Assembly: GCA_041752595.1 (NCBI GenBank)
Contig: JBGSWE010000006.1
Span: forward strand, 2,259-66,258
Length of the DNA stretch: 64,000 bases
Source: Candidatus Saccharimonadales bacterium
GTDB lineage: Bacteria > Patescibacteriota > Saccharimonadia > Saccharimonadales > JACDBH01
Direction of reading: 5' to 3'
Under the pieces are notes generated by a model. It was not told the origin of the DNA. It did no database searches and saw only the letters and a program-made list of their open reading frames with translations. Shown here in pieces: positions 51,527 to 61,625 of the stretch (within the stretch, counting starts at the first letter, position 1; each line of letters begins with the position of its first letter). A program made the position numbers and the translations under genes.

Positions 51527-51948
51527 AGTTCTGTATTAAAAACAATTTTCTTATATAAAACGTATGTCCAAGTGATTGTAAGGCCAAGTGCAAACATTTT
51601 AGCAATATACTCACTGAAACCCATAGACTCTAATGACCATACTATTCCTAGAGTAATACTGTAATTAAATAAGAGCAAGCAACCATATAGAAACATCTGC
51701 TTAGGTACCATGCCGCTACTTGCTTCGAAACTCCAATATCTATTTAGACTAAAGTTATATGCAATTGAAGTCCAGTAAGCTATTGTCACAGCAAAAACTA
51801 ACCGAATTGATAAGATATTTCTAAGTATAAATAGTATCAAGAAATCTATTGCTACTGTGCTAAATCCAATAATTAAGTATCGTTTGAAACTTTTTGATTT
51901 CACGGCCCGTTTACCCAAGCCATGGGCAGTTTTAATATGTTCCCGCAT
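51523..51948 (-). CDS. GtrA-family membrane protein (lipid-linked sugar translocation)
   Basis: RYLIIGFSTVAIDFLILFIL...AYNFSLNRYWSF. The start is moved to the Met at 51948 to avoid a 47-nt overlap with rfbA. Confidence 0.7.
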   Translation of the reverse strand: MREHIKTAHGLGKRAVKSKSFKRYLIIGFSTVAIDFLILFILRNILSIRLVFAVTIAYWTSIAYNFSLNRYWSFEASSGMVPKQMFLYGCLLLFNYSITLGIVWSLESMGFSEYIAKMFALGLTITWTYVLYKKIVFNTEL

Positions 51949-51952
51949 TGAC

Positions 51953-52813
51953 CTATTGTAATAAACTAAACAGATATTTGCCATAACCACTCTTAACAAG
52001 TGGTTCAGCGATTTGTTGGAGTTGTTCTTTGTTTATGAAGCCTTGGTGGTAGGCGACTTCTTCTATGCATCCTAGTTTTAATCCTGTGCGCTTTTCTACT
52101 ACGCGGATATATTCTGAGGCGTCATTCATAGATTCGAACGTACCAGTGTCTAGCCAGGCAGTGCCGCGGTCCATGACTTGAACTTTAAGTTTGCCTCGGT
52201 TTAGATATTCTTCGTTAACACTGGTTATTTCTAGCTCACCACGGTGACTCGGCTTAATATTTTTGGCAATTTCTATGACGTCGTTATCGTAAAAATATAG
52301 GCCAACAACAGCGTAGTCAGATTTTGGTTGAGCTGGCTTTTCTTCAATAGAAACAGCCTGCATTTGATCGTCAAACTCTACTACTCCATACCTCTCAGGA
52401 TCGGATACCTGATAGGCAAAAACAACGCCGCCGTTTGGGTCTACGCATTCTTTAAGGCTGTCGCCAAAACCGTGTCCGTGGAAGATATTGTCACCAAGAA
52501 CAAGAGCAACTGAATCACTACCTATAAACTCTTCACCAATCAAGAAGGCTTGGGCAAGGCCATCTGGAGTGGGCTGTATGGCATACTGCAATGATATGCC
52601 AAGGTCACTACCGTCACCTAGAAGGCGCTGGAACTGAGGTTGATCGTCTGGAGTGGTAATAATCAGGATTTCTTTAATACCAGCCATCATAAGCGTACTG
52701 AGTGGGTAGTAAACCATTGGCTTATCGTAAATAGGCATTAGTTGTTTGGAGATGCCTTTTGTGATTGGGTAGAGGCGCGTGCCAGATCCGCCAGCTAAAA
52801 TAATTCCTTTCAT
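51953..52813 (-). CDS. rfbA: glucose-1-phosphate thymidylyltransferase
   Basis: [46 protein letters not shown] is the canonical RmlA N-terminus. Confidence 0.92.
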   Translation of the reverse strand: MKGIILAGGSGTRLYPITKGISKQLMPIYDKPMVYYPLSTLMMAGIKEILIITTPDDQPQFQRLLGDGSDLGISLQYAIQPTPDGLAQAFLIGEEFIGSDSVALVLGDNIFHGHGFGDSLKECVDPNGGVVFAYQVSDPERYGVVEFDDQMQAVSIEEKPAQPKSDYAVVGLYFYDNDVIEIAKNIKPSHRGELEITSVNEEYLNRGKLKVQVMDRGTAWLDTGTFESMNDASEYIRVVEKRTGLKLGCIEEVAYHQGFINKEQLQQIAEPLVKSGYGKYLFSLLQ

Positions 52814-52831
52814 ATAACAATAATACCTTAT

Positions 52832-53284
52832 TTACTTCTTATGGCCCAAGGCTTGATTAATGCGCGTAGAAGAATCACGCTTTTCTACTTCATGACTGCC
52901 AACACCAAAGAGCATAGTAATATTACAGTCAATGCAGGCCTGAGTTTCATTTTCTGGTAGGGCGTGCTTGTTGGGGTCTCTGTCGCCACCATTTGCACAA
53001 ACCAGCTCATCATCAGGGTACATCTCTCTTATTTTTCGAAGTGTTCGTGACTGCCCCAAGTCTTCGTCGACAGATAACATAACTTCATCTACATCGCGCA
53101 GAGCACTAATAAGACGCATTCGGTTTTGCTCGTCCAGAATGACCTTACCCTTCTTGAGCATCTGGGCTTTGTCGTTGTTTATTACTACTATCAAATAGTC
53201 TCCAAGTGCCTTGCCGGCCTCAATATAATCTAAATGACCTCCATGCAGTGGATTGAAGTAGCCGCTGATAATAACTCTCTTCAT
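52832..53284 (-). CDS. cytidylyl/adenylyltransferase-family protein (TagD / RfaE domain II-like)
   Basis: VIISGYFNPLHGGHLDYIEAGKALGDYLIVVINND contains the HxGH nucleotidyltransferase motif. Confidence 0.7.
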   Translation of the reverse strand: MKRVIISGYFNPLHGGHLDYIEAGKALGDYLIVVINNDKAQMLKKGKVILDEQNRMRLISALRDVDEVMLSVDEDLGQSRTLRKIREMYPDDELVCANGGDRDPNKHALPENETQACIDCNITMLFGVGSHEVEKRDSSTRINQALGHKK

Positions 53285-53370
53285 ATCTGATACCTCCGCA
53301 CCACATCAGCCTGCCAGCCAGCACAGCTGACTGCACCACAGATGTTTTTGGCGCACAATATAATTTTTGT

Positions 53371-53399
53371 TAGTAAATGCTCATTCATCGTATTTACTA
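53371..53399. promoter_or_regulatory. 8-bp perfect inverted repeat TAGTAAAT-N13-ATTTACTA in the divergent rfb control region
   Basis: tagtaaat at 53371-53378 and atttacta at 53392-53399, nested inside gcgcacaat (53351-53359) / attgcgc (53408-53414). Confidence 0.4.
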
Positions 53400-53532
53400 T
53401 ACGTCTCATTGCGCTTTCCAACCAAGAAATTATATTCTGCATCTAAATGCAAAGGTCTCAGAGCTCCAACCATCTGTTGTAAAATTTCCACCGATACAAA
53501 ATAAATGAAACTACAACATATTTTATGACTAG

Positions 53533-54546
<1,014 letters not shown>

Positions 54547-54547
54547 A

Positions 54548-55105
54548 ATGGCAGAAGCATTAGCAGTACGAGAGATAAATATTCCAGGTTTTTTTGTTGT
54601 CGACTTAGCGGTTCATGCTGATACGCGCGGTTCGTTCAAGGAAAACTATCACAAAGCAAAAATGGAAGAACTAGGACTGCCAGAATTCGAAATAATTCAA
54701 AACAACATATCTTTTAATAAAGAAGTTGGTGTTACTAGGGGCCTTCATGCTGAGCCGTGGGAAAAATTCATATCTATTGGAAACGGTAAGATATTCGGAG
54801 CTTGGGTAGATTTACGTGCTGGTGATAGTTTTGGTCAAACATTCACACTGGAAATGACTCCAGATAAAGCGGTTTATGTCCCGCGAGGGGTTGCCAACGG
54901 TTACCAAACCCTAACAGAAGACGTCGTATACTCTTATTTAGTAAATGAACACTGGTCTCCTGAGGCTAAAAAAAAGTACACGTTCTTAAATTTATTTGAT
55001 AAACACGTAGCAATAGATTGGCCGATTCCAGAAGCAGAAGCGATCACTTCTGAAGATGATAAAAATCATCCGACTCTAGAAAATGTAACCCCTATGGTTG
55101 TTTAA
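54548..55105 (+). CDS. rfbC: dTDP-4-dehydrorhamnose 3,5-epimerase family protein
   Basis: RGSFKENY...GLHAEPWEKFISI...VPRGVANGYQTL is a cupin epimerase pattern. Positioned between rfbB and rfbD. Confidence 0.75.
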   Translation: MAEALAVREINIPGFFVVDLAVHADTRGSFKENYHKAKMEELGLPEFEIIQNNISFNKEVGVTRGLHAEPWEKFISIGNGKIFGAWVDLRAGDSFGQTFTLEMTPDKAVYVPRGVANGYQTLTEDVVYSYLVNEHWSPEAKKKYTFLNLFDKHVAIDWPIPEAEAITSEDDKNHPTLENVTPMVV

Positions 55106-55954
55106 GTGGACAACACCAAGATTTTTATTGTTGGCGCTAATGGACAGCTTGGCACGGCGCTTAAAGCAAAGTATCCCGATGCTCAATTTGCTGATATTAA
55201 CGAATTAGATATTACAAACAAAGAATCGGTTGAGGCATTTGATTGGACCGGAATAGAAGTAATTTTAAATGCAGCAGCTTACACAAATGTTGATGGCGCT
55301 GAGTCACCAGAGGGCCGCCCAATTGCTTGGTCAGTTAATGCAGATGCGGTAGCCAACCTGGTTGCTGTAGCTGCTCAATATGATGCGACATTAGTACATA
55401 TTTCTACAGACTATGTGTTTGATGGCACAAATGAACTGCATACTGAGGACGAAGCTTTTGCGCCACTTAGTGTTTACGGCGCAAGTAAAGCGGCTGGTGA
55501 TATTGCAGTTTCATTGGCTCCAAAGTTTTATATTTTACGTACATCATGGGTAATTGGCGAAGGCAAGAATTTTGTCCGCACTATGCTAGAGCTTGGCAAA
55601 AAAGGTGTAAATCCAACGGTTGTGGGCGACCAGATTGGCCGGCTTACATTCACGTCTGAGCTTGTTAAGGCCATTGATCATTTGCTTACGACCAACCCAT
55701 CGTTTGGAACATATAACGTTAGTAACAGCGGTGAATCTGTAAGTTGGGCAGATATAACTAGGGCTATTTATAAAGAAGCAAGTCTAGAAAATACCGTTAC
55801 TGATACGACGACAGACGAATATTATGCCGGCAAAGAAGGCATAGCCCCTCGGCCACTACAAAGTACCTTGGATTTACGAAAGATTCAGTTAACCGGTTTT
55901 GATAGTACAGACTGGCACGAAGATTTGAAATCATATATAGAAAAGGAAGCATAA
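55106..55954 (+). CDS. rfbD: dTDP-4-dehydrorhamnose reductase
   Basis: GTG start. IFIVGANGQLG, NAAAYTNVD, ISTDYVFDG, YGASKAAGD. Confidence 0.88.
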   Translation: MDNTKIFIVGANGQLGTALKAKYPDAQFADINELDITNKESVEAFDWTGIEVILNAAAYTNVDGAESPEGRPIAWSVNADAVANLVAVAAQYDATLVHISTDYVFDGTNELHTEDEAFAPLSVYGASKAAGDIAVSLAPKFYILRTSWVIGEGKNFVRTMLELGKKGVNPTVVGDQIGRLTFTSELVKAIDHLLTTNPSFGTYNVSNSGESVSWADITRAIYKEASLENTVTDTTTDEYYAGKEGIAPRPLQSTLDLRKIQLTGFDSTDWHEDLKSYIEKEA

Positions 55955-56724
55955 TGAAAAAGCTCATTGCTTTTGATTTAGACGGAACGCTCGCTCCAAG
56001 TAAGTCACATTTTGACGACAGGATGGTGGCTTTGTTTGATAGATTGCTTGAAAAGTTTGATGTTTGCGTGATATCAGGGGCAAAGTATGAATTGTTTCAG
56101 CGTCAGTTTTTGACACAAATAACTAGAGAACCTCATTTGCTGTCACGATTGCATCTGTTGCCAACAACTGGTACACGCTACTACAGGTTCCAGGACGGCG
56201 AATGGAAGCTGCAGTATGCGGAAGATTTTACATTAGAAGACAAAGCAAAAATTATTAAGGCGCTAGAAGATGGCTGGGCTGAGGCTGGTACTAAAGTAGA
56301 AAAGACTTATGGACCGACTATTGAAGATCGGGACAGTCAGATTACATTGTCGCCACTTGGCCAAGAAGTAGTGGCAGAGTTGGGTGACAGGGGACTACAG
56401 ATCAAAGCCACCTGGGATCCTGATATGAAAATTCGTATGAAGGTCGCTGACGTAGTATCTAAAAAGCTACCTGATTTTAATGTGAAAGTGGCAGGACTAA
56501 CCTCGATTGATGTAACTATACCCGGTGTTGATAAAGCCTATGGTATACAAAAGCTTATGGATATAACTAGTTTCAAAAAAGAAGATATCCTATTTTTTGG
56601 TGATAAAATTGTGCCTGGCGGTAACGATTATCCGGTTGAGGAAATGGGTATAGACTGTATTGCTGTGCGCGATTGGCCAGATACAACTTATGCTATTGAA
56701 GGTATTGTTTCTATTACAGACTAG
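55954..56724 (+). CDS. HAD-IIB family hydrolase / phosphomannomutase-like
   Basis: AFDLDGTLAPSKS (HAD motif I), VISGAKYE, FFGDKIVPGGNDY (motif IV). Confidence 0.65.
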   Translation: MKKLIAFDLDGTLAPSKSHFDDRMVALFDRLLEKFDVCVISGAKYELFQRQFLTQITREPHLLSRLHLLPTTGTRYYRFQDGEWKLQYAEDFTLEDKAKIIKALEDGWAEAGTKVEKTYGPTIEDRDSQITLSPLGQEVVAELGDRGLQIKATWDPDMKIRMKVADVVSKKLPDFNVKVAGLTSIDVTIPGVDKAYGIQKLMDITSFKKEDILFFGDKIVPGGNDYPVEEMGIDCIAVRDWPDTTYAIEGIVSITD

Positions 56725-56782
56725 ATTTTCAGTTGTAACAGATTTGGCGAGAAGGGCTAAAGACTTATCTAGACGAGCAAGC

Positions 56783-57532
56783 CTAGGCAGCTGTAGCATC
56801 TGCTGCACTTTGCTCAAAAAGCACTAGATCATCTGGTGTGTTGAGGTTAAAGAACTCATGATCGGTTGTATGGCAGTACAACACCTGCTGGTCTATGAGG
56901 CTACGCACAAAGCTCTCCCAATTGTCATGCTGGGCCATTTCAGGCAGAACAGCTTGCTCAAAAATAAAGGTTCCAGTGCCAAAGTGTGATGCCTGTGCAA
57001 GCGACTCCTCGTGACTACGAGCTAAGCTTTGGGCGGTATTGTTGCCATCAAGCGTAAAGCCAAAATCTGGTTTTGTGGCAATAAAACTACTCACAACCAA
57101 GCTAGCTGCTTTAGCGGCCTTACGGTGATTTGCTGCAAATTGTTCTGCGTCTAGGCCGCGGACAACTTCGTCACCACTTGTGATAGCAAAGCTACTGGTT
57201 ATAGCATGCTCTTCTATTGCCTGAAAAATAGCAGGTACAACACCAAGCGGAAGCGGCTGATGAGAGATCTTAATAGGCAGGTCTGGGTAGTTTGCCCCGT
57301 AATAATCAGCAACCTGTGCACCATGTACGGATGTGGCTAGGATAATTTGCGGTGCCGTTGCAAACGGCTCAAGAACGTAATCTCCAACGCGTTTTGAGGC
57401 AACCTCAAGCAGATGCTTGGGTACAAGATCGTTTGTTCTCTCTGCCATACGGCTGGATTTGCCACCGCACAGAACAATAACAGGGATATCAAAGGCTGGG
57501 ATAGCTGCAGGCGATTGTTCTTGTTGTGACAT
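56783..57532 (-). CDS. sugar-phosphate nucleotidyltransferase-like protein
   Basis: VIVLCGGKSSRMAERTNDLVPKHLL carries the G-x-G-x-R signature of NTP-transferases. Confidence 0.55.
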   Translation of the reverse strand: MSQQEQSPAAIPAFDIPVIVLCGGKSSRMAERTNDLVPKHLLEVASKRVGDYVLEPFATAPQIILATSVHGAQVADYYGANYPDLPIKISHQPLPLGVVPAIFQAIEEHAITSSFAITSGDEVVRGLDAEQFAANHRKAAKAASLVVSSFIATKPDFGFTLDGNNTAQSLARSHEESLAQASHFGTGTFIFEQAVLPEMAQHDNWESFVRSLIDQQVLYCHTTDHEFFNLNTPDDLVLFEQSAADATAA

Positions 57533-57608
57533 GGCTATTACCTTATCTTAGGCTAGCATATTATTTACTTCATGTTACAATACAATATATATTTGAATTA
57601 AGCAACCT

Positions 57609-58301
57609 ATGATTGAACTACATAGCCCCAATTTACCGGCGAGTATCGAAGGCCAAGACTTTGCCGAGGAGCCTACTTATGGTGGCGATAGCTCTACCCC
57701 AATTACGCTGCGTGATTTGCCACGTCTTGCATTGCCAGCTGTTGAGCTGCTCTATGTTGAACGTCCAGACATAGTGATAGCTAACGACAAGGGTGCTCGC
57801 TTGTTTGCGTTTGCGATATTTCAAACCTGGAAGGCTCAGTATCCGTACGAAAAGTTCCCGGGAGTGGGCGGTGGCATAGATTTTCTGCGGGTGAGTAGAG
57901 ATGACAACTCAGACACACAGCCAGCTCATCGGCTAAAGACAACCATTGAACGGTCTGGTCATAAAGAACAAGCCCCACGACTTCTTTTTTTGGATGATTG
58001 GGTACAAACTGGCGATACTATAAGAAGATTTATTAAAATTGCCGGGACTATGGGTGTGGGTAGAGAAAATATAACTTTTGTCACCATGTGTGGACGTGGG
58101 ACTGACGAAGTTAAGCACCATGTTATGGACGGCAGTGTTGATCCAAGGAACTCAATGTGGAATCCTTTTCCGGAATATACAGGCGTTGATTATCAAGATG
58201 GTCAGCCGTATTTACTTGATAGAACTATGGCGCTGCAGGCCAGGGCAAAGATAAAGAGTGGAGTTGAAGCCGCAACCTATCCTGAACAAATGAGTGCTTA
58301 A
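57609..58301 (+). CDS. phosphoribosyltransferase-like protein
   Basis: RLLFLDDWVQTGDTIRRF resembles the PRPP-binding motif. Otherwise unassigned. Confidence 0.4.
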   Translation: MIELHSPNLPASIEGQDFAEEPTYGGDSSTPITLRDLPRLALPAVELLYVERPDIVIANDKGARLFAFAIFQTWKAQYPYEKFPGVGGGIDFLRVSRDDNSDTQPAHRLKTTIERSGHKEQAPRLLFLDDWVQTGDTIRRFIKIAGTMGVGRENITFVTMCGRGTDEVKHHVMDGSVDPRNSMWNPFPEYTGVDYQDGQPYLLDRTMALQARAKIKSGVEAATYPEQMSA

Positions 58302-58406
58302 TAATTTAGAGTATTTTCGTGACCATTAATGAATAGATGACCGATTCTGGCAGGTTTGTTTGTTGGGTTGTTAACATCTATATTGTTTTTTTAGAACACT
58401 GAGCGT

Positions 58407-60233
58407 TTATTCTACAGTGACGGATTTGGCGAGATTGCGGGGTTTGTCTATGTCACGGCCTAGTTCTTTGGCGGCGTAGTATGCAAACAGATGTGTGACG
58501 GTAGCAGCTAAGATTGGTTGTAAGGGTTCTATAGTTTTAGGAATTACAATTATATCGTCTGCTAAGCCAGCGGCTTCGGAATTTATGTCGTCTACTACTG
58601 CGATAATTGGGCCAGAACGTGATCTAATTTCTTGCATATTACTAGCGGATTTTTCTGCGATGTCTGAACTTAGTGCTAAGGCAAAAGTAGGGAAATTTTC
58701 GTCGATAAGGGCCAATGGGCCGTGTTTCATTTCGCCGCCAGCAAAGCCTTCGGCGTGGATGTAGCTTACTTCTTTAATTTTAAGAGCTCCTTCGAGCGCA
58801 ACTGGGTAGAGATAGCGCCTGCCAATGTATAGGAAGTCGCGGTGATGGGCATATTTTTTGGCTAGTTTAGCAATGTCCTTTTCGGTAGCCAAAATATGTT
58901 CGAGCTGACTTGGTAGCTCGTCAAGCGCTTTAACAATGGCGTCAAAACCCGAGTAATTTTTGGAAAGATGCAGTGCGATAAGGTAAAGTACAGTAACCTG
59001 GGCGATAAAAGCCTTAGTACTGGCAACAGCCTTTTCGGGACCGGCATGACAATAAACACCCGCATCGGTTAGGCGCGCAAGTGTAGAGCCAGGGGCGTTT
59101 ACAACACCGAGTAGTAAGATTCCTGTGCCTTCTAGCTTATTAAGGGCGGCTATGGCGTCTGCGGTTTCTCCCGACTGCGATACAACCAACACAGCTGTAC
59201 TGCGACTAAGCGGTTCATTGCGGTAGCGGAACTCGCTAGCTTGCTGCACTTCAACAGGAATACCGGCGATTTCTTCTAGTAAATATTCACCTACCATACC
59301 TGCGTAATATGACGTACCGCAGGCAATAATTATTATGCGGTCGATATAGCCAAGTTGGTTAGTTACGGACTCTAGGCCTCCCAATTTAATTAAACCATCC
59401 TCTACGCGTAAGCGACCGAGCATTGCTGAACGTACAGTCTGTGGTGCCTCATGGATTTCTTTAAGCATAAAGTCTGGGTAGTCACCTAAGCTTACAGATT
59501 CTGCTTCGAGCTCAAGCGCCTCAGCTGGGCGCTCTACAATAGAATCATCTGATAGATTAATGATGTCGTATCCAGAAGCGGTGATTACAGCAGCCTCATT
59601 ATCTTCTAAAAATACGATTTGTTTTACTCTGCCTGCCATCGGCAAACCATCTGATCCTAGGTACATCTCACCGTCTTCGCCAATACCAATCGCTAGCGGA
59701 CTTGAGAGTTTAGCCGCAAATAATTGATTAGGAGCATGAGGTGAAATTAATGCAACGGCGTAGGCACCACGAAGTAACTTAATAGCTGTAAGGAATGCCT
59801 TTTGAACGTCATTGGATTTTTGATAATGATAATCAACCAAGTTTGGAATTACCTCTGTATCGGTGTCTGATTTGAATTCATAACCCTTTTTTATTAGAAA
59901 TTTCTTTATTTCTTGGTAGTTCTCAATAATGCCGTTATGCACAACGGTGAATTCATAATTATGACTAGTTTGCGGGTGTGCGTTGCGTTCCAGGGGTCTA
60001 CCGTGAGTTGCCCACCTCGTATGTCCAATTCCTAGGCTACCTTTAGCTTTTGATTCAGCGTGTGCTTTTCTAAGTGCTTCTACACGCCCCACTACACGGA
60101 TATTGGTTAGCTGGCCTTCATCGCATAACACGAGGCCTGCCGAGTCATAGCCACGGTACTCAAGTGTTTGTAATCCATCTAATAAATAGTCTGCTGCTTG
60201 ATTCTTACCTATGTATCCTACAATTCCGCACAT
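58407..60233 (-). CDS. glmS: glutamine--fructose-6-phosphate aminotransferase (isomerising)
   Basis: MCGIVGYIG N-terminal nucleophile, two SIS domains, C-terminal ...NLAKSVTVE. Confidence 0.95.
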   Translation of the reverse strand: MCGIVGYIGKNQAADYLLDGLQTLEYRGYDSAGLVLCDEGQLTNIRVVGRVEALRKAHAESKAKGSLGIGHTRWATHGRPLERNAHPQTSHNYEFTVVHNGIIENYQEIKKFLIKKGYEFKSDTDTEVIPNLVDYHYQKSNDVQKAFLTAIKLLRGAYAVALISPHAPNQLFAAKLSSPLAIGIGEDGEMYLGSDGLPMAGRVKQIVFLEDNEAAVITASGYDIINLSDDSIVERPAEALELEAESVSLGDYPDFMLKEIHEAPQTVRSAMLGRLRVEDGLIKLGGLESVTNQLGYIDRIIIIACGTSYYAGMVGEYLLEEIAGIPVEVQQASEFRYRNEPLSRSTAVLVVSQSGETADAIAALNKLEGTGILLLGVVNAPGSTLARLTDAGVYCHAGPEKAVASTKAFIAQVTVLYLIALHLSKNYSGFDAIVKALDELPSQLEHILATEKDIAKLAKKYAHHRDFLYIGRRYLYPVALEGALKIKEVSYIHAEGFAGGEMKHGPLALIDENFPTFALALSSDIAEKSASNMQEIRSRSGPIIAVVDDINSEAAGLADDIIVIPKTIEPLQPILAATVTHLFAYYAAKELGRDIDKPRNLAKSVTVE

Positions 60234-60313
60234 GTAATTATCCTGTTTAAGTACTACTTAAGTTTGGAGTTCATTGGGGAATTAATAAACGTTGTATTTA
60301 CAACGCCTTATTT

Positions 60314-60440
60314 TTATTTAATTTTGTCTTTTACAAACTCATCAATTTTACTGTGGAAGTTTTGGGTGGAAAACTTGTCTGAAAACTTTGAAATCTCGGC
60401 ATGGTTATAAGTATTTGTTTTAAAGTTTTTTAGTAAATAG
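60314..60440 (-). pseudogene. remnant of a GT4 glycosyltransferase 3' end (about 42 codons)
   Basis: The minus-strand frame reads ..LLKNFKTNTYNHAEISKFSDKFSTQNFHSKIDEFVKDKIK*. It aligns with the C-terminus of the intact GT4 gene at 61622..62722 (..ALKNFKPNAYDHKDISKFADKFSTKNFLTNIEEFIETKTQTLS*). The two DNA copies are clearly homologous. Confidence 0.7.
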
Positions 60441-60455
60441 ACTCCAATCCAAAAC

Positions 60456-61589
60456 TTATACATGTTCCCAATAATTATCTTTATTTATAGTCGTAAACGA
60501 AATTTCAGGATAGGCCGTTTTGAAGCCCCCAGGTATTTTGGCGGTTTTTTTCCACTTACATTCAAACGCTCTGGTAGTTGAGCCTATTTCTTCGATCAAG
60601 TCGACTTCTTGGCGATCCCTTGACCGCCAGTAGTAGTTCCGAACATATGTATTTTGAGCTTGGTGAAGTTTGAGCCTTTCTAGCAGTATGAAGTTTTCCC
60701 ACAATGCTCCTGTATCATTTCGAAGTTCTATTTCTCTGAAATCGTCTATAAGGGCGTTGCGCATTCCTAGGTCGTAAAAATACACTTTCCTGAGACGTCC
60801 AATAAGCGTCCTTTTATTTTTGCGGTATTGAGGACGTCTAAAAACAATAAATGCTTTTTCTAACAAGTCTATATAACGCATAACTGTCTCTTTGCTGACC
60901 TCTAGATGGCTTGCAAGCTCGTTATAGCTCACATCATTACCAACTTGATGCGCTAATAGCCTCAATAAATTATCAATAACTGTTTGGTCATAAATGGTTC
61001 CTAGCGCAAAGGCATCACGATAAAGATAGCGATTAGCAATATCACGGGCACGTGCCGCAGCTTGTTCGGCGCTGAGGTTCCAAAGACCAGGGTATCCGCC
61101 ATATATGAGCAATTTCTCGATTTTTGCATCAGCTTCGATTAGATTTGAGGCCACTTCTTTGAGTCTGAGTGGGTATAGAATAAATTCGTTTGACCGCCCT
61201 GTTAGAGGCTCCTTGATTTTATTGGCAAGATCAAGACTGGAGCTTCCTGTCAGAAGTAACTTTATGCCGGGAATATTGTCATGGATTAGTTTTGCGGTTA
61301 TGCCAATGTTTTCAACACGTTGAGCCTCGTCAATGACCACAAAGTCCACATTTGATACAACGGCTTGAAGATTTGCCAGGGACTGGTTTTGTAATCGTTG
61401 AACAACTGACGGATCGTCGCAATCCAAATATAGTCCGTTATGTGCACTAGCCAGCATTTTTTTGGCTAGTGTTGTTTTGCCAACTTGTCGTGCACCATAA
61501 AGTACCGTAACGAATCCCCCTTCTAGGGACTCTATCAATTGATCTTCTATATAGCGAATAATCATAACAAGTAGTATAAACAACGTCAT
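60456..61589 (-). CDS. AAA+ ATPase (AAA_14 / DUF4143-type ATP-binding protein)
   Basis: Walker A GARQVGKTTLAKK, Walker B FVVIDEAQRV, and a C-terminal DUF4143-like region. The Met at 61565 (MIIRYIEDQL...) is a likely better start, because 61589 lies inside a 19-bp stem. Confidence 0.75.
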   Translation of the reverse strand: MTLFILLVMIIRYIEDQLIESLEGGFVTVLYGARQVGKTTLAKKMLASAHNGLYLDCDDPSVVQRLQNQSLANLQAVVSNVDFVVIDEAQRVENIGITAKLIHDNIPGIKLLLTGSSSLDLANKIKEPLTGRSNEFILYPLRLKEVASNLIEADAKIEKLLIYGGYPGLWNLSAEQAAARARDIANRYLYRDAFALGTIYDQTVIDNLLRLLAHQVGNDVSYNELASHLEVSKETVMRYIDLLEKAFIVFRRPQYRKNKRTLIGRLRKVYFYDLGMRNALIDDFREIELRNDTGALWENFILLERLKLHQAQNTYVRNYYWRSRDRQEVDLIEEIGSTTRAFECKWKKTAKIPGGFKTAYPEISFTTINKDNYWEHV

Positions 61590-61625
61590 TATCGAGTGTC
61601 AAGTAGCGATAATGACGTTGTTTAT
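61576..61625. repeat. 19-bp perfect inverted repeat (stem-loop) spanning the GT4 stop codon and the longest ATPase start
   Basis: ataaacaacgtcattatcg at 61576-61594, loop 61595-61606, cgataatgacgttgtttat at 61607-61625. Confidence 0.9.

Noticed and set aside
60234-60455. A glmS ribozyme/riboswitch upstream of glmS.
   Set aside because: I could not recognise the conserved glmS ribozyme core. The region is instead explained by a GT4 gene remnant and its terminator-like hairpin. A covariance-model scan would settle it.
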